From IMG/VR virus record IMGVR_UViG_3300028833_000124, positions 19,650-83,649 of that record: a DNA stretch of 64,000 nt; one strand, given 5' to 3'. A program made the translations under genes and the position numbers. This document shows positions 10,052-19,746 of this stretch, piece by piece; positions within the stretch are counted from its first letter, which is position 1, and each line of letters starts with the position of its first letter. The DNA is from a virus (lineage: Duplodnaviria; Caudoviricetes). A model generated the notes under the pieces. It made no database searches. It was not told the origin of the DNA and was given only the letters and a program-made list of their open reading frames with translations.

Positions 10052-11382
10052 TAGTATTCTTTCCTTAATCTTTCCATGAGTAATGCTTTTTGCAAGTTTT
10101 TATTTTCTAAAGCAAGACTTTTAGAATCAGAAGTTAATAATTGATTTACACCAGCTTGACCATATCCTAATGGTTCGTCACCCCAATCCACAGGGTCCCA
10201 ACCATAATTTTTACGGACCTCATTAACAGTACGTATTCCATCACGTATCTGTGTTGATTCAATGTTGGCTCTTTTCAGTTCATCTTCAATATCCATTTCA
10301 TTGAATTGGAATACTTCATCAAAGCCATTACGGCCTAATGCTTTGTTGAATGCTGCTTCATAAAATTTTGCTTTAGCATTCATCACATTTTTGAACTGTT
10401 CTTTTTGAGCTTCACCATTACCGCTTCCAAGGTTTGCGGTTTCGATAACTCCAATCATTGCTGGGGGTACACGGAATAAACTTATAATCATATCTCTGCA
10501 CATGTTCATCATGTTAACATAATCCATGTCTTTATTGGTGACTTTTGCAGATTGATATGATGCTCCTTTAACTGCTAACATTCCACCTTTCTCCCTGACT
10601 TGTGATTGTATCATAGCTTGCAATCGGAGCAATTCTTTATTGAATAGGTTATCTTCCATATCCTTATCAAAACTTAATATTGCAGTTGGATCAATACCTG
10701 CATTTTCCATTAGTTTTTGATTGTAGTCTAATCCAAGCCACATCATCAGTAATGGTTTTTGGATTGTTTCCAATTTGGATACGCCGAATTTTGATTCTTT
10801 AAATTCAATGGATGGTTCGTAGATATGGATTAATTCATCCGGTTCATATCTTATATTTGGTTTATTCCTGAAACCATATTGGTCGGTATCATCAAACCAT
10901 CTTAACAAGCTTGCAGGCACATATTGTAACCCATTAATGATATGGTAATTGTTATGGTCATAGTCAAATTCTTCATAGTTTACTTCGATAAATGTATCTC
11001 CTATGAGTTCTTGACTGTTAACTAATTGTCTGATAAATACGGGGAATGTTAATGCTGATTCATTCCCTTCAGGTTGATTGAATAAATTAGTAAGGTAACG
11101 TGTGTTGTTCACGTTGACTGTGAATTCATCTGGATTGTTTATCTTAAACCCATTAATCAGGAAAGTGTCTGATATTGCATTTACACAACTAAAGACATAT
11201 GGGTTCTGTTGTGCTTTTTTAAAGAATGAGAATTCACCAGCTGTTTTATTAGCTATACTAAATAAGAAACCATATTGGCGCACATACTCTTGGAAGAGAC
11301 TATCTTCATATGGTTTTCGGATTACTGGCATTACAGCATTCCTAAATTTTGATTTTATATTCATACGAAAGTTATCTAACAT
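10051..11382 (-). CDS. Portal protein (HK97-family)
   Basis: 443 aa after terminase; 'NPYVFSCVNAI', 'LIHI', 'GVSKLE', 'FRVPPAMIG', 'TVNEVRK' portal motifs. Confidence 0.9.
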   Translation of the reverse strand: MLDNFRMNIKSKFRNAVMPVIRKPYEDSLFQEYVRQYGFLFSIANKTAGEFSFFKKAQQNPYVFSCVNAISDTFLINGFKINNPDEFTVNVNNTRYLTNLFNQPEGNESALTFPVFIRQLVNSQELIGDTFIEVNYEEFDYDHNNYHIINGLQYVPASLLRWFDDTDQYGFRNKPNIRYEPDELIHIYEPSIEFKESKFGVSKLETIQKPLLMMWLGLDYNQKLMENAGIDPTAILSFDKDMEDNLFNKELLRLQAMIQSQVREKGGMLAVKGASYQSAKVTNKDMDYVNMMNMCRDMIISLFRVPPAMIGVIETANLGSGNGEAQKEQFKNVMNAKAKFYEAAFNKALGRNGFDEVFQFNEMDIEDELKRANIESTQIRDGIRTVNEVRKNYGWDPVDWGDEPLGYGQAGVNQLLTSDSKSLALENKNLQKALLMERLRKEY

Positions 11383-11396
11383 TATAATTATCTCCC

Positions 11397-12710
11397 TTAA
11401 AAGTAGATTACACCTAATGGTGTGGCATCTGTTGTTATTTCAGCTGGACCGAATAATCCACCTCTCCACATGTCGGGGCAGTGGTCATTTATTTTTAATG
11501 GTTTATCTTCTCCTCTTTGTTGAGCTTTCTTATCCCAACTGTAGGTTTGTGCTTGACTTACACTATTAACACAGTCCTGGTGGATTAAGAATTTTTGATT
11601 ATTGAATAAGTTTTGTATTTTCTTGATGTCTTCATATGTATCTGGTGCATATGTCTGGACATTCATTTTTAATCTGCTGTCTTTTTGACAAGCAGTTTTC
11701 AATGATGCTGCATCATGGGGTAAGTATACTGTGTTGTTTTCATTTAAGTTATATTTGTCTTGTAAGTGTACTATATCATCAACACGTTCACTATCTGATT
11801 GTGCCACTCCGATTTCTTCTTTATCGTAGTAGGTTTCTTCCAATAGGTAGTAGGTGTTACCTTGATGGGTGTCATAGTGTATTCCCATAACACCAAAAGT
11901 TGTAACAGTTGATACTCCGTAATCGCAGCATATGTTAATATTATGAATTTTTTGATCTTCCGGAAATTCATTATTTAAGTAATTCCATGTGAACACATTT
12001 TTATTAGTGTCAAACATGTCATAGATTGCTCCTTCAGCAATAACCCATTCACCAAGAATATTCCTTTTATAGAACACTTCAGATTTCTGATTAACACGTT
12101 TTAATTCTTCAACATATTCTGTTGGTAAATTAGGATTGTCATCTAATAAGAACTTCCATGTCTTAACAGTTCCAGCTTCCAGTAAATCATGATTGTTAAT
12201 ATAATTAACAAAAATATAATGATAAGGACTGTCAGGGTTAGTGTTCCAGAACATTTTAGCTCCAACATCCGAACACCGTGATATTGCCATTTCTACCGCA
12301 GACTGCGGACACCTTGCAATCTCATCAGCATACCAACCACCGACAGACATACCTGCGATGACATCAACAGCTTTCTCATCATTGAAACCCATCACATAAC
12401 AGGTTTTACCATCAATGATTAATTCACCATCATAAGCATGAAACTCATAAGGGATATCCTCAGTATTCATCATCGCAATTAAAGGATTAATAACATTCCT
12501 TTTCAAAGATGATGAAGTCTTACCACTTATTAAAAATTCATTTGAATCTGATTCAGCAAGAAATGTCAACCATCTTGCATTACAAGTAATAGTCTTACCA
12601 GACCTTACTGATCCATAAGCAATATTAATCCAAGCATCACTATTCTCAAAAAAGTTAACAGCAGTACGGCCAAACTCACCATATTCAAAATAATTCTTAC
12701 TTGGCCTCAT
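11397..12710 (-). CDS. terL: Terminase large subunit (PBSX-like)
   Basis: Walker A 'GSVRSGKT', Walker B 'WYADE', 'NTNPDSPYHY', nuclease 'CCDYG...' and 'NDHCPD'. Confidence 0.92.
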   Translation of the reverse strand: MRPSKNYFEYGEFGRTAVNFFENSDAWINIAYGSVRSGKTITCNARWLTFLAESDSNEFLISGKTSSSLKRNVINPLIAMMNTEDIPYEFHAYDGELIIDGKTCYVMGFNDEKAVDVIAGMSVGGWYADEIARCPQSAVEMAISRCSDVGAKMFWNTNPDSPYHYIFVNYINNHDLLEAGTVKTWKFLLDDNPNLPTEYVEELKRVNQKSEVFYKRNILGEWVIAEGAIYDMFDTNKNVFTWNYLNNEFPEDQKIHNINICCDYGVSTVTTFGVMGIHYDTHQGNTYYLLEETYYDKEEIGVAQSDSERVDDIVHLQDKYNLNENNTVYLPHDAASLKTACQKDSRLKMNVQTYAPDTYEDIKKIQNLFNNQKFLIHQDCVNSVSQAQTYSWDKKAQQRGEDKPLKINDHCPDMWRGGLFGPAEITTDATPLGVIYF

Positions 12711-13104
12711 CTTCCCGCCTATGCTTATCTTTACTATTTCTTATAGCATCAGCAAGACCATTCAAACCTTTATGATTAACATCAGCTTCAATCTTCTCCC
12801 GCTTACCATACAAGTTCGGATGCCTACGTTCCAACATCCAAGCTGCAGCTTGCCAATGTTCCATACTAGCATTTGTAATAACCTGTTCAAAATTATGCAA
12901 AGCTTTCGATTTAGCTTTATCAACACATTCTTTGAACTTAACAAACTTAGTCCTACCTTTCGCATTCTCCGCTCTATCCATCCAATTATAATATGTTCTT
13001 TCAGTAATGCCAACATATCCACAGGCACCTAAAATACTATCTCCATTCTCAATAGCTTGACAGAACTTTTCTTGCAATTCTGGAGTTAATTTAGTCTTAG
13101 CCAT
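12697..13104 (-). CDS. terS: Terminase small subunit
   Basis: N-terminal HTH 'ILGACGYVGITERTYYNW', 'WQAAAWMLERR'; overlaps the terL start. Confidence 0.75.
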   Translation of the reverse strand: MAKTKLTPELQEKFCQAIENGDSILGACGYVGITERTYYNWMDRAENAKGRTKFVKFKECVDKAKSKALHNFEQVITNASMEHWQAAAWMLERRHPNLYGKREKIEADVNHKGLNGLADAIRNSKDKHRREDEAK

Positions 13105-13163
13105 AGGATTAATCCCCTCCTTTTTTTTAATACTGAAATAACTGAAAATAAATAAAAAAAAAT

Positions 13164-14153
13164 TTATGATATTTTCTCCAATACATTCACACGAATATGC
13201 TCAGCAACTGCTCTCATTAAGTTTGGTGGTACACTATTACCAATTCTTTCTTTAACTTGATTATCTGACCCTATCCATTTGAAATCATTATCCTCATAAG
13301 TAAATGATTGTAATATACTTAGTTCACTTACATCCAACTCCCTATCTTCCTGATAATGAACGAGTTGTGGTTTTCTTGTAATTGTTGGACATGGTTTATT
13401 AGGTAGTAATCTGTAAATATCCCTGGTCTTTGTTGGGAAGTTAGGCACATCACCTGACTTCTGTCCAGGTTTTAAATATTTACTGTATCGTGTGATACTG
13501 GAGTTATTAGGTTTAATTTTACCTTCTAAATGTCCAATACTCTTTTTACATGGTATTGGTTGGGTTTTTGGTTTTGGGTGACTTGCAGGTATTCCAAGGT
13601 CTTTTCTTACACCTATGAATATCATCCTTTGCCGACTTGTTGGACAGTTGTAGTATTGTGCGTTCATTAGTTTTGCACGAACATCATATCCACTTGCTTT
13701 TAGTTCACGTAGGATGTCTTTGAAGATGATCTTCATGTTACCTTTCACCATACCTGATACATTTTCCATTACGAATGTCTTGGGATATAATCCTCTTAGT
13801 AATCGGATGTATTCATGGTATAATTGATTTTTGAAGTCACAAAAGTCTCTTGCACCTGCGGTACTGAATCCTTGACATGGTGGTGACCCGTCGAAGAGGT
13901 CTAGTTCTCCTGGTATGAGTCCGGTTATGTCGAAGATTTTTTCAACACTTAATTTGTGGATGTCACCGTAATATATTGGTGTATCTGGGAAGTTTTTTTG
14001 ATATGTTGCTACTGCATGTGTGTCCATTTCGACTGCGAGTAGGACTTCATATCCTGCTAGTTTGTAACCGTAGCTGCTTCCACCGCATCCGCTAAAGGTT
14101 GAAATTACTTTGGGTTTATGGTGAATATTCCTCTTTTGGGAGTTCATATCCAC
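13164..14153 (-). CDS. DNA cytosine-5 methyltransferase (orphan)
   Basis: Motif I 'FSGCGG', catalytic 'GSPPCQGFS', 'ENV', 'RQR', motif X 'GNSVPP'. Confidence 0.93.
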   Translation of the reverse strand: MDMNSQKRNIHHKPKVISTFSGCGGSSYGYKLAGYEVLLAVEMDTHAVATYQKNFPDTPIYYGDIHKLSVEKIFDITGLIPGELDLFDGSPPCQGFSTAGARDFCDFKNQLYHEYIRLLRGLYPKTFVMENVSGMVKGNMKIIFKDILRELKASGYDVRAKLMNAQYYNCPTSRQRMIFIGVRKDLGIPASHPKPKTQPIPCKKSIGHLEGKIKPNNSSITRYSKYLKPGQKSGDVPNFPTKTRDIYRLLPNKPCPTITRKPQLVHYQEDRELDVSELSILQSFTYEDNDFKWIGSDNQVKERIGNSVPPNLMRAVAEHIRVNVLEKIS

Positions 14154-14748
14154 ACCTTGGGCAAGTGATTGTTGGAATATTATCTGCTATGGATTCATCG
14201 TATTCTGGTTCATCTTCAGGGATTATCAGTGATGTGTCTAGATTTATGTCTTCTTCAACAATAGTTGAAGATTCATCATTTAGTTGATTTTCTTGTAATC
14301 CTGTGAAGCCTGATATTTCATTTTCATCGAATCCAGTTAAACCTATGTTGTTGAATCCTGAGTCTTTTAATTCTGTGAAGATGGTTTGTAATTTGTTTTC
14401 ATCCCATTCTCCACTTACACGATTCAGTACTAGGTTTAATGCTTTTTTCATATCTTCAGAATCTAAACTTTTATCATTGTCTGGGAATACCCATCCGAAG
14501 CTTTCATTTAATCGGAGTAGGTTTAGTTCTGTGAAGATATTATTATCTAATAAGTATTGGTCGAATAAGACGTCGAATCTTTGATGTCCTCCAATTATTT
14601 CATTATCAGATAAGCTGATTAATATTGGTTCCACTATTCCAAAGTTATCAATACTGTTTTTTAGTTTCTGTTTTTCTTCTGTACTGATTTTTCTAGGATT
14701 ATATTCGGCTGGTACAAGGTCGGTTATTTTTATTTTTTCGATTTCCAT
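14116..14748 (-). CDS. ParB/Srx-like N-terminal domain protein
   Basis: 'YNPRKIS...LKNSIDNFGIVEPILI...IIGGHQR'; C-terminal CPRCG. Confidence 0.8.
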   Translation of the reverse strand: MEIEKIKITDLVPAEYNPRKISTEEKQKLKNSIDNFGIVEPILISLSDNEIIGGHQRFDVLFDQYLLDNNIFTELNLLRLNESFGWVFPDNDKSLDSEDMKKALNLVLNRVSGEWDENKLQTIFTELKDSGFNNIGLTGFDENEISGFTGLQENQLNDESSTIVEEDINLDTSLIIPEDEPEYDESIADNIPTITCPRCGYELPKEEYSP

Positions 14749-14851
14749 TTTTGATGTCCTCCAAAAAAATTTTATACCAAACCCTTATTTTTTTGTCATT
14801 AAATCATTTAATGAGCGTGAAATTTATTTTAAAAATAAAATATTTAGAATT

Positions 14852-15229
14852 TTATATGAAATGAGTAATTGCATTTAGTAATATTCCGATACCGGATATG
14901 AGTAATGCTATTATTGCGATTTGTTGTGTGTTACGAGTATTATTATCATTTTTTGTTTCTTTCATGAATTTATCATATAAATCTAATCTTGTCTCAATTG
15001 ACTCTAATCGATTTTCTAATTGTGCATCATTCGTTTCTGAATGTAATATTAACTTATTAACATTTTTATCTATATTATCAATTTTTTTATCCATATCTTT
15101 CAGGTCATCTTTGATTTCCTTTATTTGTTCTTTTTTATATTCGGCTTGCGCTTCTAATTCAGCGAGTTTTTGAGATTGACCCATGATTTGGTCTTCATGT
15201 AGGCATTCTGGACTAGGCATCATCATCAC
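14852..15229 (-). CDS. Coiled-coil protein with C-terminal transmembrane helix (lysis accessory?)
   Basis: Heptad-rich centre, hydrophobic C-terminus, next to the holin-like gene. Confidence 0.55.
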   Translation of the reverse strand: MMMMPSPECLHEDQIMGQSQKLAELEAQAEYKKEQIKEIKDDLKDMDKKIDNIDKNVNKLILHSETNDAQLENRLESIETRLDLYDKFMKETKNDNNTRNTQQIAIIALLISGIGILLNAITHFI

Positions 15230-15294
15230 CTACATATATTTCTTCATATTCATTTGCAGGGTCAATATCTATGATTTCATCTTCATATTGATAT

Positions 15295-15621
15295 TTAGCA
15301 ACCATCTTCGTCACCAACTACCACATCATCACTGATTTCATCTTCTTCTGAGATAGTTGGATCAACAATAATATCATCAGTTTCTTCTGGAACTGTTTCA
15401 GAATATTGTTCATGAACCATTTGTTCAGCTCTATTTACTCTTATATTTTCAGTCCCTTGTGTGACAATATATGCAGCTATACCTACAATTGGTGGTATTA
15501 ACCATGCATAATCTGGAGGTATAATTTGAGCTAATCCGTCTTTACCAAGATATGCTATAAACATTGCAATGAATGATATAGCAGTTGCAAATTTTGATTT
15601 GTATTTGTAAGTTTCAACCAT
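15295..15621 (-). CDS. Putative holin (2 TM segments, acidic tail); start at 15621, not 15726
   Basis: MVETYKYKSKFATAISFIAMFIAYLG...AWLIPPIVGIAAYIV; GGGG SD upstream; the track's extension overlaps a structured RNA. Confidence 0.6.
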   Translation of the reverse strand: MVETYKYKSKFATAISFIAMFIAYLGKDGLAQIIPPDYAWLIPPIVGIAAYIVTQGTENIRVNRAEQMVHEQYSETVPEETDDIIVDPTISEEDEISDDVVVGDEDGC

Positions 15622-15666
15622 AATATTACCCCTAAATAAATAGATTATAAAAAATAAAATTTTAAA

Positions 15667-15795
15667 GCTGTGAGGAGGATTTGCACCTCCATTTAAGGCT
15701 CCATGGACATTATTGTCAAAATACAATAGAATGTGACATTTAATTGAAATTATAAGAGACTTTTAATTTTTTTATTTTGCCATGTTCTCCACAGC
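15667..15795 (-). ncRNA. tRNA-like RNA 1 (~129 nt)
   Basis: 5' GCTGTGG pairs with 3' TCACAGC (7 bp, one G-U); T-arm GGAGG-TGCAAAT-CCTCC directly precedes it; internal pairs CATGG/CCATG and CAAAATA/TATTTTG; T-rich tract downstream. Confidence 0.55.
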
Positions 15796-15801
15796 ATACA
15801 C

Positions 15802-16005
15802 TTATATGATGAGAAGACCGTAAGGTAAATCTATTTTGAATCCTGCAACATAGTCAGAACTAGCACGGGTGATTAAACCACATATGGTACAGTATTCATA
15901 ACTGCGGTTTTCACTACGAACAATTGTTAATGTCTTACAGTCAGGACATTTATCAGTATTCTCTACTTCCTCAATTTCATCGTCTTCTAGTTCTTCATTG
16001 CACAT
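15802..16005 (-). CDS. TFIIB-type zinc-ribbon protein
   Basis: 'CPDCKT...YEYCTICGL'. Confidence 0.65.
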   Translation of the reverse strand: MCNEELEDDEIEEVENTDKCPDCKTLTIVRSENRSYEYCTICGLITRASSDYVAGFKIDLPYGLLII

Positions 16006-16227
16006 AGATTCCCAATTATTTGATTTTTGAATAAAAAAAAGTTTTTTATAATATCTTCTCTATTAGTAAGTTAATACCTAGCGGAAACATTAATATTTGA
16101 GGGAATATCTTTTTCTAGTTGGAACTAGTTTAAAATAATAAACTATTATATACTAGTAACTATATATAACATATCAGTATAAAATTTTTTTGTTTCTTTT
16201 TTTAAAAAAGAAAAGGCAACCATCTAA

Positions 16228-16527
16228 TCATTTATCCAACACTGCAACATAAGTAAAACCATCCTTAACCTCAATAACCAACCTAAAATGAATATAAAAC
16301 CATCCAGTAATATTAATAAACACTTCACTAGTCCTCGGAGGATTATCTGTATAAAACTCAATACTTGGCCTTGCACCACCAACCTCAATAACACCATCAT
16401 CCCTTAACAAAACACCATCCTCACCAAGACCAGGTAAATTAATAGTAACCGGACCTAAATTAGTTTCACACTTCAACAAACCATCAACATCACAATCATC
16501 AACATCACAAACATTAATCTTAACCAT
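16228..16527 (-). CDS. Hypothetical protein
   Basis: ORF; start likely MVKINV at 16527. Confidence 0.5.
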   Translation of the reverse strand: MVKINVCDVDDCDVDGLLKCETNLGPVTINLPGLGEDGVLLRDDGVIEVGGARPSIEFYTDNPPRTSEVFINITGWFYIHFRLVIEVKDGFTYVAVLDK

Positions 16528-16879
16528 AATAATCACCTTCCCATTCAAAAAAATACATAAAATCCTTACCCACAGGAACAACAACTCTCACATTATTAAA
16601 TAACTTAAAACAAATCTTATCAGAACAAAAAACAACACAATCTAAATGCCGTAAATTAAAACAATAATCCTTACGCTTACGATAACTACCAGAATCCGTA
16701 TAAACAGTCTCATACTCACAATTAGTTAAAACCAATTCAGCATCATAAATAACATTCACTTGAGAATAATACTCAGTAATGCTTTTCAATAAATTAACAA
16801 CTTCCGGATTGTCCAATAAGTCTTTTGAATCAAATTGAACTGTAGGTTTGTTTAAACGAAGATTCGCACCACTAAACAT
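16520..16879 (-). CDS. Hypothetical protein
   Basis: ORF; start likely MFSGANL at 16879, coupled to the upstream stop. Confidence 0.5.
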   Translation of the reverse strand: MFSGANLRLNKPTVQFDSKDLLDNPEVVNLLKSITEYYSQVNVIYDAELVLTNCEYETVYTDSGSYRKRKDYCFNLRHLDCVVFCSDKICFKLFNNVRVVVPVGKDFMYFFEWEGDYYG

Positions 16880-16880
16880 A

Positions 16881-17396
16881 TTATCTTTTACCTTCCCTAA
16901 CAAGAATGTCATGCTCATCAATAGTATGGTTACGTGGAACAATCGGAATGCGCTGCATAAAATTTTCCAATAATCTGCAAACTATAATTTCAAAAACTTG
17001 ATCTGTTAAACCATACTTTTTTGATACCCTGTAACTTTGTAATTTTATTTTGCTGTTTTCAATCTTTTTAACATAAAACATGAATGCTAAGATTATGCAT
17101 TTTTCTGAAGCTGTATGATGTAGTTTTTTAAAGTTGCTGCTGAATTCATCTATTAGGTATCTGACAAGTTTTTTCTGATTTGGGGATAGGACTAATGTTT
17201 TTGCTTCAAGGCATAATTCATCAAAGTCATTGAATAATTCTAAGCATAATTCATCAAATATTAAATGTCTGTTTTTTCTTTTTTGTTCATATCTTACTTT
17301 TCTGTTTGTTTCTTTGCTTCTTATTTCTCCTCTGACATAGGGCTTTTCATATAATCCTAATAAATATTCTAAGCTTCTTTCTTTCATAAAAATCAC
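16881..17396 (-). CDS. Hypothetical protein, possible cyclin-fold (TFB core-like) repeat
   Basis: 'LSPNQKKLVRYLI...CIILAFMFYVKK...YRVSKKYGLT' loosely parallels a TFIIB repeat. Confidence 0.35.
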   Translation of the reverse strand: MIFMKERSLEYLLGLYEKPYVRGEIRSKETNRKVRYEQKRKNRHLIFDELCLELFNDFDELCLEAKTLVLSPNQKKLVRYLIDEFSSNFKKLHHTASEKCIILAFMFYVKKIENSKIKLQSYRVSKKYGLTDQVFEIIVCRLLENFMQRIPIVPRNHTIDEHDILVREGKR

Positions 17397-17587
17397 ATGA
17401 TTGAATTTTTTTTTGGTTTTAATTTTATAATTCTCCTATGCATCTTCTTTTAGCTATTACTCCTAATCGAACCCAATCTGTTTCATCAGGATTAGCTTCA
17501 ATTACTTCGTTGATTATTCTTTTTACTTCATCTTTATCAGCACATCTGTATGCATCCCAGCAGGTGCGAACATACATGTGAACTTTA

Positions 17588-17914
17588 TCATGCATTTTTA
17601 TCAACTACTTTGAATTGAATATAATAAATTCTTGTAAGATTATCTAAAGTCGGATAAATGTTTAATAATTCATTTTTTAATTCTTGCGCAGTTTTATATC
17701 CTTCTAAATTTGCATCTTCCTTGTTTAAATATTTGAATTGTTTATATCCAGTATCTGTAATTTGTATGAAACATTCTTTTTCAGTTCCAGGAAATATTGC
17801 TTTAACTATTTCATCTTTTTTGAATTTTTTATTGTGTTTTCTGATTGTTTGTCTTTTAATTCCGGAAATAATATCCTGATAATATTTTTTATTGAATTTT
17901 AATAATTCATACAT
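17588..17914 (-). CDS. ASCH domain protein
   Basis: 'KYYQDIISGIKRQTIRK' ASCH signature; 'EDANLEGY'. Confidence 0.8.
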   Translation of the reverse strand: MYELLKFNKKYYQDIISGIKRQTIRKHNKKFKKDEIVKAIFPGTEKECFIQITDTGYKQFKYLNKEDANLEGYKTAQELKNELLNIYPTLDNLTRIYYIQFKVVDKNA

Positions 17915-17920
17915 AATTTT

Positions 17921-18124
17921 TTATCTCCTGTTTTTTTCATAATGTTGGCATGCTGTGTCATTGAATTTTATTTTTAAAGTTGGTGTTTCAGATGGTTCTG
18001 CTCCATCCGGTTGTGGTTCTGGTGGGAATAGTTCATCTACCTTGCTGCAGTAATGGTAGAAGTATCCATCGGTTGTTGTTTCGGTTCGTGTGTAATGTTT
18101 GCATTTTCCACAAATGTTAACCAT
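17921..18124 (-). CDS. Small Cys-containing hypothetical protein
   Basis: CxxC and further Cys/His residues. Confidence 0.45.
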   Translation of the reverse strand: MVNICGKCKHYTRTETTTDGYFYHYCSKVDELFPPEPQPDGAEPSETPTLKIKFNDTACQHYEKNRR

Positions 18125-18127
18125 ATT

Positions 18128-18781
18128 TTAATCCCCTTTAACATCAACATCTTGGATTTTATCTAATCCTTCAATTGCTTCCTTCATTATTCTTTTAGAT
18201 TCTTGAACAACTGGATTGTCATTGTTGGCCATCATTTCATCTTCATATAATCTTTTCAAATGAGTTAAGTAATCAATAGCTTTCACAATATCTTCTGAAG
18301 CATTGTGTTTATGTCCTGCACGGACAGTATATTTAATCACATTTCCTTTAATGAAACCTATAAGTTCTTCACGTGATAATAAACCTTTTTTAAATGCTTC
18401 CAATGGACTTAATCCATTGCCTGCATAATAGTCCGGTTCAGCTAATCTTTCAGTTGGTTCATTTTTATGTTTTTCTTCAAGTTCTCTAATACTTATTGGA
18501 ACATCAGTCATATTATCATCTTCTTCTTTATCAAGCACATCCCCTAAAACAACCATATCTTCGTTTAGAGGTGAATGCATATTTTTTATTAGATTTTGTT
18601 TAAAAATTTCTAATTCTTCACCACTCATCGAATCATCATTCTTATTTTCTTTTACCCATTTTTCAAACAGTTTTTCAGTATCCACACCGGTATTTGCACC
18701 ATTCTGATTTAATATTTCCGCAAATAATATTCGACCTAATTCTTCATCACGTAATGCATCATTTAACATAAAACTAAACAA
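18128..18781 (-). CDS. DUF3310-like domain protein
   Basis: 'PDYY...GFIKGNVIKYTVRAGHK...EDIVKAIDYL'. Confidence 0.75.
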   Translation of the reverse strand: MFSFMLNDALRDEELGRILFAEILNQNGANTGVDTEKLFEKWVKENKNDDSMSGEELEIFKQNLIKNMHSPLNEDMVVLGDVLDKEEDDNMTDVPISIRELEEKHKNEPTERLAEPDYYAGNGLSPLEAFKKGLLSREELIGFIKGNVIKYTVRAGHKHNASEDIVKAIDYLTHLKRLYEDEMMANNDNPVVQESKRIMKEAIEGLDKIQDVDVKGD

Positions 18782-19067
18782 CTCCTAAATCAATTACCTC
18801 ATCTGCATTAATAATACAATACTCTAAAATTGAATCATAATTAAAAAAAGCAACAGTACCATTGCTTTGACTTATTTTAATCCAATATTCATCAAAATAA
18901 ATCTCCTCCACTTTACGTAAATAAAAAACAGTACTGGCTTCATGATAATTTAATTGGAAAGATAAAGCAAAATCATTAATCTTTTCCTTAACCTTATCCA
19001 ATACTTCTTTAACATTATTTATAATCAAAGGAGCTCTTTCATTTATCCCAATTTCCATTATAATCAT
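18774..19067 (-). CDS. Hypothetical protein
   Basis: ORF with coupled overlaps on both sides. Confidence 0.5.
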   Translation of the reverse strand: MIIMEIGINERAPLIINNVKEVLDKVKEKINDFALSFQLNYHEASTVFYLRKVEEIYFDEYWIKISQSNGTVAFFNYDSILEYCIINADEVIDLGVV

Positions 19068-19744
19068 ATCCTTTTTCGATTTATTGCACGCATAACAATA
19101 CCTGCAGTTTTACTACCAATTCCTTTAATTTCTTGTAAAGTATTATTATCTAACTTTAACAAGTCATCTAAATCATATAATCCTAGATTATCAACTATTA
19201 ATTCAGCAGTATCATCACCAATATGTTTAGTTAATGCCAGATAATTGAATGCAGGATTATCAGTTTTCTGTTTTAATCTTTTCACAACATGTTTATTATC
19301 AAGACATTTTCGGGATTGTTGTCTCATGAATTTTATAGCTCTTTCTTCTGTACTGCATTCTTTAACAGTGGTGAAAGTGTTTAATCTTGCTATTGCTCCA
19401 TCATAATTATCCCATCCAAAGACATATGCTTCTCCATCAAAACCATCAAACATTTCATGTTTCTCCAGGTCACTTGCAACTACTATTACAAAATGGTATG
19501 GGAAATTTGTTGTTTGGTCGATTGCTTGGTTAAATATGCGTTTGCTTTCAACACTATCAATGAAATCAGTTAATGTTTTGTATTCAAAGCATACTTGATT
19601 ATTGAATATATAATCGCCTACTAGTAATTCTTTTACAGTTACATTGTCTTGTTTGGATTTGTAGTAACATGCTGCTTTTCTGATTCTGTCATCGTGTTCA
19701 CGATGATCTATCTGTATATTGAAATTTTTTATTTTTCGTGACAT
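19064..19744 (-). CDS. ERCC4/XPF-family nuclease with C-terminal HhH
   Basis: 'IDHRE', 'LLVGDYIF...CFEYKT..DF..S', C-terminal 'EIKGIGSKTA'. Confidence 0.85.
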   Translation of the reverse strand: MSRKIKNFNIQIDHREHDDRIRKAACYYKSKQDNVTVKELLVGDYIFNNQVCFEYKTLTDFIDSVESKRIFNQAIDQTTNFPYHFVIVVASDLEKHEMFDGFDGEAYVFGWDNYDGAIARLNTFTTVKECSTEERAIKFMRQQSRKCLDNKHVVKRLKQKTDNPAFNYLALTKHIGDDTAELIVDNLGLYDLDDLLKLDNNTLQEIKGIGSKTAGIVMRAINRKRI

Positions 19745-19746
19745 GG

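Noticed and set aside
15622-15726. N-terminal extension of the holin-like ORF in the track
   Set aside because: It overlaps the tRNA-like structure and a poly-T tract; a better SD and ATG exist at 15621.
16881-16891. Extra exact copy of the cassette site (GTAAAAGATAA, minus strand)
   Set aside because: It falls on an ordinary stop/start junction, in a different frame, with no VKDK-N...WSxG cassette after it. A stray copy of such an AT-rich 11-mer in 64 kb is plausible by chance.
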